DNA of 64,000 nucleotides, taken from positions 94,536-158,535 of the forward strand of contig JAYOSV010000001.1 in NCBI GenBank assembly GCA_038139415.1, read 5' to 3'. The stretch is from Verrucomicrobiales bacterium. GTDB lineage: Bacteria; Verrucomicrobiota; Verrucomicrobiia; Limisphaerales; UBA1100. Made by a program: the position numbers and the translations under genes. This document shows positions 8,974-19,756 of the stretch, piece by piece; position 1 is the first letter of the stretch, and the number at the start of each line of letters is the position of its first letter. The notes below the pieces were generated by a model. The model ran no database searches. It saw only the letters and a program-made list of their open reading frames with translations, and was not told the origin of the DNA.

Positions 8974-9113
8974 GATAAACCAATCGTCCGCAAGAGACTT
9001 AGTGGATTTGGGGTGGTAAATCAAGGTGATTCATCTGCGAGTTGAATAAAATGACGTGCGCATGCGGGGAATAACCTCGCGCCTTTCGTGTGCTTTCCTT
9101 TAACTTCCGGGCC

Positions 9114-10520
9114 GTGGATCAAAATCGTCAAACCCGCATTCTGGCCACGCTCGGCCCTGCCACCGATTCTGTGGAGGCGATCGGCAAGCTGCTGGATGCG
9201 GGTGCCAATATTTTTCGCCTGAATATGTCTCATGCCCGTCATGATTGGGCCAAAACCACCACCGCGCACATACGCGAAGCCGCCGCCCAACGCGGTCGGG
9301 TGCCCGCCGTTCTCATGGATCTGCAGGGGCCGGCCATCCGGACGGGCGATCTGCCGGAGCCGTTGGAGCTGAAACAGGGCGATCGATTCGATTTCACCGT
9401 GGATGCAACCGTGAAGGGCGATCGGGTGGTGGGAGTGAATTACCCGAATTTCCTGAACGACATCGAGGTGGGTGCCATTATCCTGATCGATAATGGATTG
9501 ATTCGTATGAAAGTGCTGAACAAAACCGAATCAGTCGCTGAATGCGAGGTGGATATTGGCGGCACAATGGGAAGCCGGCGCCACATCAATTTACCCGGCA
9601 CCAAGGTGAGTTTGCCGGCGTTAACAGAAAAAGACCGCCGAGACGTCGCGCTTGGCTTGGAATTGGGCGTTGATTATCTGGCTCTTTCGTTTGTGCGGGA
9701 AGCGGCCGATGTGCAGGAACTTCAAGCGCTGATCCAAGCCGGCGATCGCCCCACCATGGTGGTGGCCAAAATCGAGGATCAACACGCGGTGAAACGCATT
9801 CGGCGTATCATTAAGGCGGCTGATGCGATTATGGTGGCCCGCGGCGATCTTGGCGTGGAATGCCCGTACGAAGAACTTCCGATCATTCAACGACACATCG
9901 TGCGAGAGTGCCTCACGGTTGGGAAACCGGTGGTAGTGGCCACGCATATGCTCGAGAGCATGATCAACGAACCCCACCCCACGAGGGCAGAGGTGACCGA
10001 TGTGGCCAATGCTGTATTCGAGCAGGCTGATGCCATCATGCTGAGCGGTGAAACCTCCGTGGGGCAGTTTCCCACGATGTGTGTTGAGGTGATGGACCGG
10101 ATTGCTCGGCGCATGGAGCAGGAGCGTGGCGCGCGCTTTCACCGCGAAGCAAAGTTGACCGATCAACGCCAGCGACTGGCCAAGTCTGCCGTGCGCATGG
10201 CTGATGATTTGGCGGCGGACGCCATCGTGATGTTTACTGTGAGTGGTCGCATGGCACGGGAGACCGCCTGGATGCGGCCGCGTCACGCGAAAATCTTGGC
10301 CTTGTGCGCCGATCCGCGAGTAGCCGGAGCCTTGGCATTGCATCGCGGTGTGACCCCGGTAATCATCGAAAACTTTTGCCCAGACTTTCCCGTTCTGGAC
10401 GCTATTGCCACCTTGAAAGAGCACGGTCATTTACAGGCCGGTCAAACCGTGGTGGTGAGCAGCTCCACCAAGGCCGTTGAGAAAATTGCGAATTCCGTGC
10501 AGATACACGAAGTGAGTTGA
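9114..10520 (+). CDS. pyk: Pyruvate kinase
   Basis: ILATLGPA, FRLNMSH, AKIE, MVARGDLG, MLSGETS. Confidence 0.96.
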   Translation: MDQNRQTRILATLGPATDSVEAIGKLLDAGANIFRLNMSHARHDWAKTTTAHIREAAAQRGRVPAVLMDLQGPAIRTGDLPEPLELKQGDRFDFTVDATVKGDRVVGVNYPNFLNDIEVGAIILIDNGLIRMKVLNKTESVAECEVDIGGTMGSRRHINLPGTKVSLPALTEKDRRDVALGLELGVDYLALSFVREAADVQELQALIQAGDRPTMVVAKIEDQHAVKRIRRIIKAADAIMVARGDLGVECPYEELPIIQRHIVRECLTVGKPVVVATHMLESMINEPHPTRAEVTDVANAVFEQADAIMLSGETSVGQFPTMCVEVMDRIARRMEQERGARFHREAKLTDQRQRLAKSAVRMADDLAADAIVMFTVSGRMARETAWMRPRHAKILALCADPRVAGALALHRGVTPVIIENFCPDFPVLDAIATLKEHGHLQAGQTVVVSSSTKAVEKIANSVQIHEVS

Positions 10521-10523
10521 AGC

Positions 10524-12005
10524 CTAATTGGCGCTGAACAAATAGTCCGTGGCTTCGCCGGCGATGTAGAGGATCGGTTCAGGAAATAACCCCAGGCCGA
10601 TCAATCCGAAGAGGCACGCCAGAAGCACCACCTCCGCCGCCCGCGGGCAGGGCAACGGTTCAGTGGAGGGAGCTTCCTCCGCCCAGAATCTGCCTTTGCC
10701 CCAGAAGATTTCGCGGATGACGGTGAAGTAGTAGTAGAACGAAATCACCACGCCCACCAACGCTGCGCCAATGACCCAGGGCATTACCGGATGCACGGCC
10801 ACCGAGCCGATCGCTTCGCGCAGCAGGGCGAATTTACCAATGAAACCGGCTAGCGGCGGCACACCAGCCAGAGAGATAATCGAGAGCGTCAATACCGTGG
10901 CCATCAATGGCGAGCGTTGATGCAGATTGGCCAGTGTACTGATGTCTTCATCGCCGCTTTCCTTCGATACCACGGAGATCACCGTGAATGCTCCGACTAC
11001 GCCAAAGACGTACGCCGTGAGATAAAACAGCACAGCTTGCGCGCCTTGATCACTCAGAGTCATCAGCCCCAGCAACACAAACCCGGCACTGGCGATGCTG
11101 GAATAACCCAGCAGCCGTTTCAGGTTGCGCTGGCGCAAGGCGCACAGGCTACCGTAGAGAATCGTGGCCGCAGCCAATAGCGCCAGCAATTGCCGTAGCC
11201 ATGCTTCACCCAGTAGTGGGGGACAGGCATCAGCCAGTAGGCGGAGGATCAACACAATGCCAGCCGCCTTTGAGCCGGTGGAAAGAAACGTTGTCACCGG
11301 CGTGGGCGCGCCTTGGTAGACATCCGGCACCCAAAGCTGGAAGGGCACGGCCGCCAGCTTGAAGAACAATCCGCCCAAAGTCATCAAGACACCCAGCTGA
11401 TAGAGCAGCATCATGGAATCGTCGTTCAACCCGGAAGCTGCTCGGGCAACTTCATGAAAATCCAAGGCGCCCGTACTGCCGTAAATCAAGGCGATACCAA
11501 ACACCATGATCGCCGAGGAAGCCGCGCCCAGAATCAGGTATTTGATGCCGGCTTCCAGCGAACGCAGCCGGTGCCGTTCAAAGCTGGTCAGCACATAAAA
11601 TGTAATGGTGATCAATTCCACCGCCACAAACAACAGCACCAGACTATTGGCACCGGCGGCAAAGGACATGCCCGCCAGGGCAAAGCAGGTGAGTGCATAC
11701 AATTCCGAAATGCCGGACCGAATTCGCTCCGCATAGCTTTGAGTCAGCAACACCACCAACACGGCCGCCAACACAAAGTAACCCTGGAAATAAACCGCCA
11801 AGCTATCTTTCACATAGCCCGTGGCCCCCGTGCCGGTACCTTGATCGAAAATGGTGAAGCTGTAGCAAAACACTGCGACCAATCCGCCGGCCACCCACCA
11901 GCCCAGTTGCGCCTTGCGCTCGGCAGGCGTCCAGAGATCCACCAGCAATACCACAATGCCCAGTAGGCACGCGCCAAGCTCCAGGCTAACCAGGGAGAGA
12001 TCCAT
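10524..12005 (-). CDS. nuoN: NADH-quinone oxidoreductase subunit N
   Basis: EAGIKYLILG, FKLAAVPFQLWVPDVYQGAP. Confidence 0.95.
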   Translation of the reverse strand: MDLSLVSLELGACLLGIVVLLVDLWTPAERKAQLGWWVAGGLVAVFCYSFTIFDQGTGTGATGYVKDSLAVYFQGYFVLAAVLVVLLTQSYAERIRSGISELYALTCFALAGMSFAAGANSLVLLFVAVELITITFYVLTSFERHRLRSLEAGIKYLILGAASSAIMVFGIALIYGSTGALDFHEVARAASGLNDDSMMLLYQLGVLMTLGGLFFKLAAVPFQLWVPDVYQGAPTPVTTFLSTGSKAAGIVLILRLLADACPPLLGEAWLRQLLALLAAATILYGSLCALRQRNLKRLLGYSSIASAGFVLLGLMTLSDQGAQAVLFYLTAYVFGVVGAFTVISVVSKESGDEDISTLANLHQRSPLMATVLTLSIISLAGVPPLAGFIGKFALLREAIGSVAVHPVMPWVIGAALVGVVISFYYYFTVIREIFWGKGRFWAEEAPSTEPLPCPRAAEVVLLACLFGLIGLGLFPEPILYIAGEATDYLFSAN

Positions 12006-13582
12006 TATTCAGCCTCCTCCTCAGTTGAGGCCTGTGCTTTTTTGGCCTGTTCAAAGGTGGCATTTGATTTGCCAATCTTGTCGGTGATCAGTTTCGGATA
12101 AAAACCGAAGAGCAGTAGCACGGCCACCAACAGTGCGTACGGCAGGCGTTGCCAGTGTTTGAGATCTTCCACTTCCGGAGTCTGTTCTCCTTTGATGCCG
12201 TGCAGCAGAGTGCGGATGGCTCGCAGCATGTACACGGCCCCGATCACCAGTGCGCTCCAAATGCCGATGCTGGTAATCACCGGGTATACCCTCCAGGCGC
12301 CGAAGAACACCGTGAGTTCACCGGCAAAGTTTGCAAAGCCGGGCAAGCCGCAACCGGCCATGAGCGCCATGATCATCAGGGTGCCCCAAAATGGCATGCC
12401 TGCGAGTAGGCCCTGAAGTTTATCCATGTCCAGCGTGCGTGCCTGCGAATACAGGTACCCGCTTAGGCCAAACGCTAGTCCGGCCAGTAGCCCATGGGCC
12501 ACCATGACCATCACCGCGCCGGTTAGACCGACGGTGGTGACACTGGCAATTCCGAGGAACACAAAACCCATGTGGGCCACGGACGAGTTGCCGATGAGCA
12601 GGTTCAAATCTTTCTGGCGCATGGCCACGAGGCCGCAGTAGAGGATGTTGCCCAGACAAAGCAGGGCGAGGATCGGTAGCCACGTTTGTGCGCCCTCGGG
12701 CAGCAACGGCAGGGCCACCTTGATCAGCATGAACAGGCCGAATTTTTTGATCACGCCCGCGTGCATCATCGCCGTTGCCGTTGGTGCTGCGCTATACCCC
12801 AGTGGCGCCCAGGTGTGGAACGGCCAGAGCCCGACCAGAATTCCGAGGCCAAACATGAGTAGGGCAAAAATGACATTTTGTTCCGTTACACTGAACGTGC
12901 CTGCTTCTGTTCCCGCGAATTGAGTTCCATGATCCATCATGCTGAGCAGGCTGAATGAGCCAAACTGCAGGTAGAGCATGATCACTCCAGCCAGAGTCAG
13001 TAACGCGCCGAGACTAAGGTAGAGAGTGATTTTGTAGGCGGCGAAATCCTTGTCCTGCCCGCGCCCCCAAACGCCGATCATTATAAACGTAGGCACCAAC
13101 GCCAGCTCATGGAGGAAGTACATCAGGAAAATATCGAGCGACATAAAGGCTCCCAAAATGCCACCGGTCATCAGCAGGAGCAGGATGTAGAATTCCTTTT
13201 CACGCGTTTGAATTTCCTGTGCACAACACGTCGCGGCAAAGGCAACCAACGCCGCCATCAACACCATCACAATGCCGATGCCATCCACGCCCACATAATA
13301 ATGAATGTTCAGCGTTGGAATCCATTCCACACGCTGGGTGAATTTATAGCCGTACTCGTCCTCCAACGCAGATTCCTCAGTGCCTTGAGCCAGTAATTGC
13401 TCCGGCTGTTCGGTTGTGGGTGGATCGAAAGCGGAGAAGACATAGATGGCCAATAGTAACGATCCCAGCGTTGCTAGGCGGGCGCCCCAGCGGAAGAACT
13501 GCCGTTTCTCACTGGGCACCACGGCCAATATCAGAGCCATGGCGAGCGGCAATCCCATGATGTAGGTGAGCGGTGACATCAT
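12005..13582 (-). CDS. nuoM: NADH-quinone oxidoreductase subunit M
   Basis: VGVDGI, HELALVP, PFHTWAP, PGFANFAGE; TAATG coupling with nuoL. Confidence 0.95.
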   Translation of the reverse strand: MMSPLTYIMGLPLAMALILAVVPSEKRQFFRWGARLATLGSLLLAIYVFSAFDPPTTEQPEQLLAQGTEESALEDEYGYKFTQRVEWIPTLNIHYYVGVDGIGIVMVLMAALVAFAATCCAQEIQTREKEFYILLLLMTGGILGAFMSLDIFLMYFLHELALVPTFIMIGVWGRGQDKDFAAYKITLYLSLGALLTLAGVIMLYLQFGSFSLLSMMDHGTQFAGTEAGTFSVTEQNVIFALLMFGLGILVGLWPFHTWAPLGYSAAPTATAMMHAGVIKKFGLFMLIKVALPLLPEGAQTWLPILALLCLGNILYCGLVAMRQKDLNLLIGNSSVAHMGFVFLGIASVTTVGLTGAVMVMVAHGLLAGLAFGLSGYLYSQARTLDMDKLQGLLAGMPFWGTLMIMALMAGCGLPGFANFAGELTVFFGAWRVYPVITSIGIWSALVIGAVYMLRAIRTLLHGIKGEQTPEVEDLKHWQRLPYALLVAVLLLFGFYPKLITDKIGKSNATFEQAKKAQASTEEEAE

Positions 13583-15438
13583 TAAAAAAGAATCCAAGCG
13601 AGGATGCTTAGTAATCCGATTACCGTTAGGAGGGCGTAGGTTTGCAAATTACCCGATTGAAACAGGCGAACGAGGCAGCCGGTCACGTCTATTGTGCCGC
13701 TGGTACCTTTCACTCCCAACCCAGCAATGATCCAACGATCAAACCAATTTGAGGCGTAGGATAAGGTCTCCTGTGTCCAGTGGTTGAGGAAGGCGTACAG
13801 TTCATCGAAGTAAAACCGATCCTGCATCCAGCGCGACAACACGCCCAGCTTGGCCGGCAACGGATCCGTATCGGCGTTGCGGTAAACCATGTAGCCACCA
13901 ATCATTCCAACTGAGGCCGCGATTGTTCCCCAAATTAACGCTGCATGATGCGAAGCTTTGTCTTCTTCAAAGCCTAAATAGCCAGCCAATCCGATTTGGG
14001 GGGCACCCAGGAAAACACTGAAAAGCGCGAGGATAATTAAGGGCAGCAGCATTTCACCGGGCACTTCGTGCGCCTCTTTCGCTTGATCTGTACGGGCTTT
14101 GCCAAAGAACGCCACCAACACACAACGCATCATGTAAAACGCCGTTAGTCCTGCCACGGCCACTCCGATGAAGAACAACGGTTTCTGGTTCAGGTGCGCC
14201 TGCATCAGTATAGCGTCCTTACTGAAAAATCCGCTGAGCAACGGGAAGCCTGCCAAGGCTAAGGCCCCGATGATAAATGTGATGGAGGTCTTGGAAAGTT
14301 TATGTCGGAGCCCGCCCATGTTCCAAATGTCCTGTTCATGGTGGCAGGCATAAATCACTGCGCCCGCTCCAAGGAAGAGCAATGCCTTGAAGGCCGCGTG
14401 CGTGGTGAGGTGAAACATGGCGGCTTCTGTCCCCCCACAACCCACCGCCATTACCATGTAGCCCAGCTGCGAAAGGGTGGAGTAGGCGAGAATTCGTTTG
14501 ATGTCGTTTTGTTGAATGGCCATGAGCGCAGCCAACAACGCAGTGGTGGCCCCGATCCAAGCGATGATCAGCAAGGCATCCGGAGTGAATAGAACCATCA
14601 CTCGGCACAGCATATATACGCCGGCCGCCACCATCGTTGCCGCGTGGATGAGAGCGGAAACTGGAGTGGGGCCTTCCATGGCGTCCGGCAGCCAGACATG
14701 CAGTGGGAACTGCGCACTTTTGCCTACGGCCCCGCAAAAAATAAGGAGGCCGGCTAGGGTGGATACTTGGCCGGTGATGGAAGCAATATTGACGGTGTGC
14801 GCCTGCTGCCATACTAGGAGAATGCCCAAGAGAAAGCCGACATCCCCGATGCGATTGTTGATGAAGGCCTTTTTTCCGTCGTCAGCCGCCTCCGGTTTAT
14901 CAAACCAATGTCTGATCAAGAGATAGCTGGAAACACCCACCAGTTCCCAAAAGATGAACATCATGATCAAGTTGGAGGAGAGGACGATGCCCAGCATGGA
15001 AAAAACGAAAAAGCTGAGAGCCCCAAAATATCTCGAAAACCCTATGTCTTTCCCCATGTACACCAAAGAGAAAACATGGACGAGTGTTCCAATGAACGTG
15101 ACGATGAGTAACATCAGCCGGCTCATGGGATCGTTCAGAGTTTGGATATCGATGGCAAAAGATTCTTGGCCGACAGCAGTGGGTAGTGGGGAATCATTCT
15201 CAACCAAACCGATGGAGAGCCAGGTGAATTTAGGATCGCTACCAGCCGCGGTTTTTTCCACGCCTTGAGTGGCAAATAGGAAAATGCTGATGCCTAATCC
15301 GATCGCGACTGCTCCGGTCGACAAGCCAGCGCTGAGTTGCCGATAGCGCTTGGTGAACAGCAAAATCAGGACCGCAGATATTAACGGAAGCAGCAGGACT
15401 GCTGTCGGCAGAAAACGGATGATTTGTTCCTTGCTCAT
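13582..15438 (-). CDS. nuoL: NADH-quinone oxidoreductase subunit L
   Basis: GKSAQFPLHVWLPDAMEGPTPVSALIHAATMV. Confidence 0.96.
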   Translation of the reverse strand: MSKEQIIRFLPTAVLLLPLISAVLILLFTKRYRQLSAGLSTGAVAIGLGISIFLFATQGVEKTAAGSDPKFTWLSIGLVENDSPLPTAVGQESFAIDIQTLNDPMSRLMLLIVTFIGTLVHVFSLVYMGKDIGFSRYFGALSFFVFSMLGIVLSSNLIMMFIFWELVGVSSYLLIRHWFDKPEAADDGKKAFINNRIGDVGFLLGILLVWQQAHTVNIASITGQVSTLAGLLIFCGAVGKSAQFPLHVWLPDAMEGPTPVSALIHAATMVAAGVYMLCRVMVLFTPDALLIIAWIGATTALLAALMAIQQNDIKRILAYSTLSQLGYMVMAVGCGGTEAAMFHLTTHAAFKALLFLGAGAVIYACHHEQDIWNMGGLRHKLSKTSITFIIGALALAGFPLLSGFFSKDAILMQAHLNQKPLFFIGVAVAGLTAFYMMRCVLVAFFGKARTDQAKEAHEVPGEMLLPLIILALFSVFLGAPQIGLAGYLGFEEDKASHHAALIWGTIAASVGMIGGYMVYRNADTDPLPAKLGVLSRWMQDRFYFDELYAFLNHWTQETLSYASNWFDRWIIAGLGVKGTSGTIDVTGCLVRLFQSGNLQTYALLTVIGLLSILAWILF

Positions 15439-15744
15439 CTACAGTTTCATTGAAGTGAGGTCGGTCACGTCGTTGGTTTGGCGTTTGCGGTAGAGGGCGA
15501 CGATTAGGGCGAGGCCTACGGCGACTTCAGCGGCGGCGACAGTGATAATGAAAAACACCATCACTTGTCCATCGAGGTTGTCTCGAAAATGGGAGAAGGA
15601 GACGAGCGCAAGGTTGGCGGCGTTGAGCATGAGTTCCAAGCCCATGTACATCACGATCAGGTTCCGCCGGATGATCACACCGAGCAGGCCGAGGCAGAAG
15701 AGCACCACGCTGACGATCAGGTAATGTTCGAGTCCGACGGTCAT
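15439..15744 (-). CDS. nuoK: NADH-quinone oxidoreductase subunit K
   Basis: ELMLNAANL, VAAAEVAVGLA. Confidence 0.96.
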   Translation of the reverse strand: MTVGLEHYLIVSVVLFCLGLLGVIIRRNLIVMYMGLELMLNAANLALVSFSHFRDNLDGQVMVFFIITVAAAEVAVGLALIVALYRKRQTNDVTDLTSMKL

Positions 15745-16259
15745 TCGGCTTCGGCCTCCGGGCTTTCCTCGCGTTTGCTCAACAGGATGCAGCCCACCAT
15801 CGCGACGAGAAGTAGGATGGAGACGATTTCAAAGGGCAGTAGGTAATCGGTAAACAGTAATTTACCGAGCGGCTTGGTCTCGGCCACGCCATCGCCGGTG
15901 AGGGTGTGGCCCACACCGGATTGGTTGATGGTGTTGATGATCAGCATGGCCAGACCGGTGACGGCGGCGAAGCCGAGGAAGGTGCCGAATTTCTGATAGC
16001 GCAGGCGTTCCTCTTCTTTGACGTCCAGCAGCATGATCACAAAGAGGAAAAGTACGATAACAGCTCCGGCGTAGACGAGGATTTGCACGGCGGCTAGGAA
16101 GAAGGCTTTGAGCAGCACGAACAGGCCGGACATGCTGATGATCGTGAGCACGAGGAACATCGCGCTGGTGACCGGGTTGCGACTGAAGGGGTTGAACACC
16201 ACCAGCAATCCGCAGAGCAGAGTGAGCGCGCTGAAAATGTAGAAGAGAATCTCCTGCAT
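15741..16259 (-). CDS. nuoJ: NADH-quinone oxidoreductase subunit J
   Basis: QILVYAGAVIVLFLFVIMLL, YLLPFE; start MQEILFY is coupled to the nuoI stop. Confidence 0.95.
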   Translation of the reverse strand: MQEILFYIFSALTLLCGLLVVFNPFSRNPVTSAMFLVLTIISMSGLFVLLKAFFLAAVQILVYAGAVIVLFLFVIMLLDVKEEERLRYQKFGTFLGFAAVTGLAMLIINTINQSGVGHTLTGDGVAETKPLGKLLFTDYLLPFEIVSILLLVAMVGCILLSKREESPEAEAE

Positions 16260-16921
16260 TACTCGTCCGTCGCCTCCTTGTCCTCGGGCTTGTTCACGGG
16301 GAATGTTTCCTGCGCCTTGGCGTCCTCGGTTTTCTTTTCCCACTTCTTGATGCGGTCATGGTGGGTGCCACCGAGTTTGAGGAGCTTGTCCTTGTGAAAA
16401 ATCATTTCCTCGCGATTGCTGCCGGTGAGGGCGTAGTCGCGTTTCATGGTTTTCTCATTGTAGCCCTCGTAATAATCCTTGGCGAGATAGATGGCTTGTT
16501 CGGGGCAAACCTCTTCGCAGAACCCACAGAAGATGCAGCGGAGCATGTTGATCTCGAAATCCTTAGGCATCTTCTCGGCACCTTCGCGATGGGCGTCCTC
16601 GCCGTCTTCGCCTGGAGGCGTGATTCGGATGGCCTTGGGCGGGCAGACAAATTCACAGAGCTGACAGCTCACGCACTTGGTGTTGTCATTCTGGTCACTC
16701 ACCAAATACGGCGCGCCGCGGAAGCCCTCAGGCACGGTCCAGAGTTCCTCCGGATAGTTCAGCGTAGCCTTGAACTTGTTGTCCTTGTTTTTCTCTTCGT
16801 AGACCTTTGATTTCTTGAACGAGAAAAAGTGGCTGAGCGTGACTTTGAATCCATTCAGGAACGTGGGAATGTACAGGCGTTCCCACCAGCTCAATTTCAC
16901 GCGTTGGACTTCTTTGGCCAT
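16259..16921 (-). CDS. nuoI: NADH-quinone oxidoreductase subunit I
   Basis: CVSCQLCEFVCP and CIFCGFCEEVCP. Confidence 0.96.
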   Translation of the reverse strand: MAKEVQRVKLSWWERLYIPTFLNGFKVTLSHFFSFKKSKVYEEKNKDNKFKATLNYPEELWTVPEGFRGAPYLVSDQNDNTKCVSCQLCEFVCPPKAIRITPPGEDGEDAHREGAEKMPKDFEINMLRCIFCGFCEEVCPEQAIYLAKDYYEGYNEKTMKRDYALTGSNREEMIFHKDKLLKLGGTHHDRIKKWEKKTEDAKAQETFPVNKPEDKEATDE

Positions 16922-16922
16922 G

Positions 16923-17975
16923 TTATTTTGTGAGGGTAAAATACAGGTACAGGGCGGTCACGACAATGTTCGCCAATGCGAGCGGAACAAACCGTTTCCA
17001 GCCCAGATCCATGAGTTGATCGTACCGGAAGCGCGGTAGCATCCAACGCACCCAGATAAACAGACCCATAAACAGTAGCAGTTTGCCGATAAAGATGCCG
17101 ACCTGCAACAGGCCAATCCCGAGCGTGCTGGCGGTTTCGTTTAGGCCCGCAAAGGGCAGTGTCCAGCCGCCGAGGAACAGCACCACCATCATGGCGCTTA
17201 CGGCGATCATCGCGGCGTACTCGCCGAGGAAGAACAGCGCGAACTTCATCGAGCTGTATTCAGTGTGATAGCCGCCGACTAATTCGGATTCACTTTCGGG
17301 CATATCAAACGGCAGCCGGTTCGTTTCCGCAAAAGCCGCGATCAGGAAGATCACAAAAGCCAGCGGTTGTTTGAAAATGAGCCAGGCGCCGGAGGCCTGA
17401 TATTCCACCACCTTGGACAGATTTAATTCGCCCACCAACATGAACACCGGCACAACGCTCATGCCCATGGCGATTTCGTAGGAGATCATCTGTGCGCTAC
17501 TGCGAATGCCGCCGAGGAAGGGGTATTTGGAATTACTCGCGTACCCCGCCAGCACAATGCCGTACACGCTGAGGCTGACAATGCCGAAGGTGTAGAGGAT
17601 GCCGACATTCAGGTCGGCGATCACGGCCGGTTGATTGCCGATCTTGGTGCCAAAGGGAATGACCGCCAGCGTCAATAGTGCCGGCACCATGCTCACGGCG
17701 GGCGCCAGCCAGAAATATACTTTCCGCACATAGGCCGGGGTGAAGTCTTCCTTAAGAATGAACTTCAGGCCGTCCGCTGCCGGTTGCAATAGCCCCCACG
17801 GGCCCACGCGGTTCGGGCCCACGCGGTCCTGGATCCATGCCGAAATGCGCCGCTCGGCGACCACTGAATAGGCCACCAATGGCAACACCACAGCGAACAC
17901 TGCAATCACGATCTTCAGTAAACTGAAGAGCGCGAACTGGTGTCCCGCCGTTAAGCTGTTAAACCATTCGGTCAT
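16923..17975 (-). CDS. nuoH: NADH-quinone oxidoreductase subunit H
   Basis: [27 protein letters not shown]. Confidence 0.97.
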   Translation of the reverse strand: MTEWFNSLTAGHQFALFSLLKIVIAVFAVVLPLVAYSVVAERRISAWIQDRVGPNRVGPWGLLQPAADGLKFILKEDFTPAYVRKVYFWLAPAVSMVPALLTLAVIPFGTKIGNQPAVIADLNVGILYTFGIVSLSVYGIVLAGYASNSKYPFLGGIRSSAQMISYEIAMGMSVVPVFMLVGELNLSKVVEYQASGAWLIFKQPLAFVIFLIAAFAETNRLPFDMPESESELVGGYHTEYSSMKFALFFLGEYAAMIAVSAMMVVLFLGGWTLPFAGLNETASTLGIGLLQVGIFIGKLLLFMGLFIWVRWMLPRFRYDQLMDLGWKRFVPLALANIVVTALYLYFTLTK

Positions 17976-17990
17976 TATTTTTTAGTAAAG

Positions 17991-18046
17991 CCACTCAGAG
18001 GGCACAGGGCAGATGCCCGTGATTGTTCTCTGTGTATCTGTGGTGG
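17991..18046. repeat. Degenerate CACAGAG/CTCTGTG-type intergenic palindrome
   Basis: CCACTCAGAGGGCACAGGG...CTCTGTGTATCTGTGGTGG, an imperfect inverted repeat between nuoG and nuoH. Confidence 0.5.
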
Positions 18047-18053
18047 ATTCCAT

Positions 18054-19754
18054 TTAAATTTCTACCGTCACGCCCGTGTCGCCCAACGCGGCCCAGGTTA
18101 ATTCCTTCGCCTTAAACGCTCCCACCTCGCCGGCCATTTGGTTGAACAGCCCCTCAATGGTGCTAAAGCCGTTTTGGCCGGTGGTGTTTTCGACTAGCTC
18201 ATGCAGGAATTCCCATTCCGCACGGGCGTCGTTGGGCGCTTCGAGCGCTTTCATAAATTTCTGCACGCGCCCCTTTACGTTAGTGAAGGTGCCTCGCTTC
18301 TCCGCATGCGCGCAACCGGGCAAAAGGTAATGCGCCTTGGCGGTGGTGGCGTTGGGCAGAATGTCGCTCACGACGAGTAGATCCAGCTTGTCCAACAACG
18401 CTTCGCTGAGGCCGGCTTTCGTCACGTCTTCACCGAAGACAATCAGCGTCTTGATCGTGCCGCTCTCGATGCCCGCGGCAATATCGGCAACGCGGCTGCC
18501 GGGTGTTTCGCCGGCGAAACCGATTAGGCGCGCGCCGGTAGTGTTCGGGTTTTTATCCCCGTTCACCAGTAAATGATCCGCTTCGCCGGTGCGGGCGATG
18601 ATGTCGGTGGGCGCCTCGAATTTGGCGGCGAGTTTCTTGAGCAGAAACAGTTCCTCGTTGGTCTGCCGCGCGCTGGCAATGATGGCGACCGAACCCGGCG
18701 CAGCTTCCTCGAGCTTCCCGCTGATCTCCGTGATGGCGGTGGCCCAGCCGCTGGCGCCTTGTACTTCGGCGAGGCGATCATCGCGTCCGATCCATTTGTA
18801 ATCCAGTCGGCCCGCATCGCACATCCATGGCCCGTTCACCGCATCATTATCGCGCGGTTCATAGCGGTACATGGTGTTTTCGCGCGAGCCGATCACCGTG
18901 TTGCAGCCGGTGCCGCAGCCGGTGCAGAGGCTGTTGGTTTCCTTGAGGAACCATACGCGCATCTGGAACCGGAAATCCTTGGAGGTCAACGCACCGACCG
19001 GGCAGATGTCAGCGGTGTTGAGCGTGTAATTATTGTCAAACGGCGTATCTAGGAAGGTGGCGATGGTGTTGTAACTGCCGCGGTTCACGATGCCGAGCGC
19101 GTCGTCCTCGACGATGTCCTTGCTGAATCGGATGCAGCGGGTGCAGAGCACGCAACGCTCGGCATCAAGCATGATCCGCGGGCCGAGATCGACGGCCTTG
19201 GGCTTGTGCACCTTGTATTCGGCAAACTGGCTCTCGGCTTGGCCGTGTTCCACGCTGTACTCCTGCAGTTTGCATTCGCCGGCCTGATCGCAAATGGTGC
19301 AATCGAGCGGGTGATTGATCAACAGGCTTTCCAGCACGGCCTCGCGCATCTCCTTTGTTTCCGGGCTGCTGGCGTAAATCTCCATGCCGGGAATCAGACT
19401 GGTGGCGCAGCCGATCACGCCCTTTGGGGTTTGGCGTTCGTAAGGGAGCACCATTGGATCAATTTTTAGCGAGCCGTCTTCGTTCATCGGCGACTTGCCG
19501 TCGGGGCCGGGGCGTCCGGGCATGCCCACGTGCACAAGACACATGCGGCAGTTTCCGGCCACGGGAAGCTTTGGGTGATAACAGTAATGCGGTATCTCGA
19601 TCCCGGCATGTTCGCACGCCTGCAGCACCGTAGTTGGCACGAGGTTGCCCTGCCAATCAGGCGTGAGCTTGGGTACGTCAATCTCTTGGCCATCCACCAT
19701 TACAGTGATGGTCTCGATCGTTGGCGGCTCTTCCGTTTTGGTTTCCTCAGCCAT
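18054..19754 (-). CDS. nuoG: NADH-quinone oxidoreductase subunit G (short form)
   Basis: CYHPKL..GNCRMC, HPLDCTICDQAGEC, CVLCTRC, CTGCGTGC. Confidence 0.95.
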   Translation of the reverse strand: MAEETKTEEPPTIETITVMVDGQEIDVPKLTPDWQGNLVPTTVLQACEHAGIEIPHYCYHPKLPVAGNCRMCLVHVGMPGRPGPDGKSPMNEDGSLKIDPMVLPYERQTPKGVIGCATSLIPGMEIYASSPETKEMREAVLESLLINHPLDCTICDQAGECKLQEYSVEHGQAESQFAEYKVHKPKAVDLGPRIMLDAERCVLCTRCIRFSKDIVEDDALGIVNRGSYNTIATFLDTPFDNNYTLNTADICPVGALTSKDFRFQMRVWFLKETNSLCTGCGTGCNTVIGSRENTMYRYEPRDNDAVNGPWMCDAGRLDYKWIGRDDRLAEVQGASGWATAITEISGKLEEAAPGSVAIIASARQTNEELFLLKKLAAKFEAPTDIIARTGEADHLLVNGDKNPNTTGARLIGFAGETPGSRVADIAAGIESGTIKTLIVFGEDVTKAGLSEALLDKLDLLVVSDILPNATTAKAHYLLPGCAHAEKRGTFTNVKGRVQKFMKALEAPNDARAEWEFLHELVENTTGQNGFSTIEGLFNQMAGEVGAFKAKELTWAALGDTGVTVEI

Positions 19755-19756
19755 GG

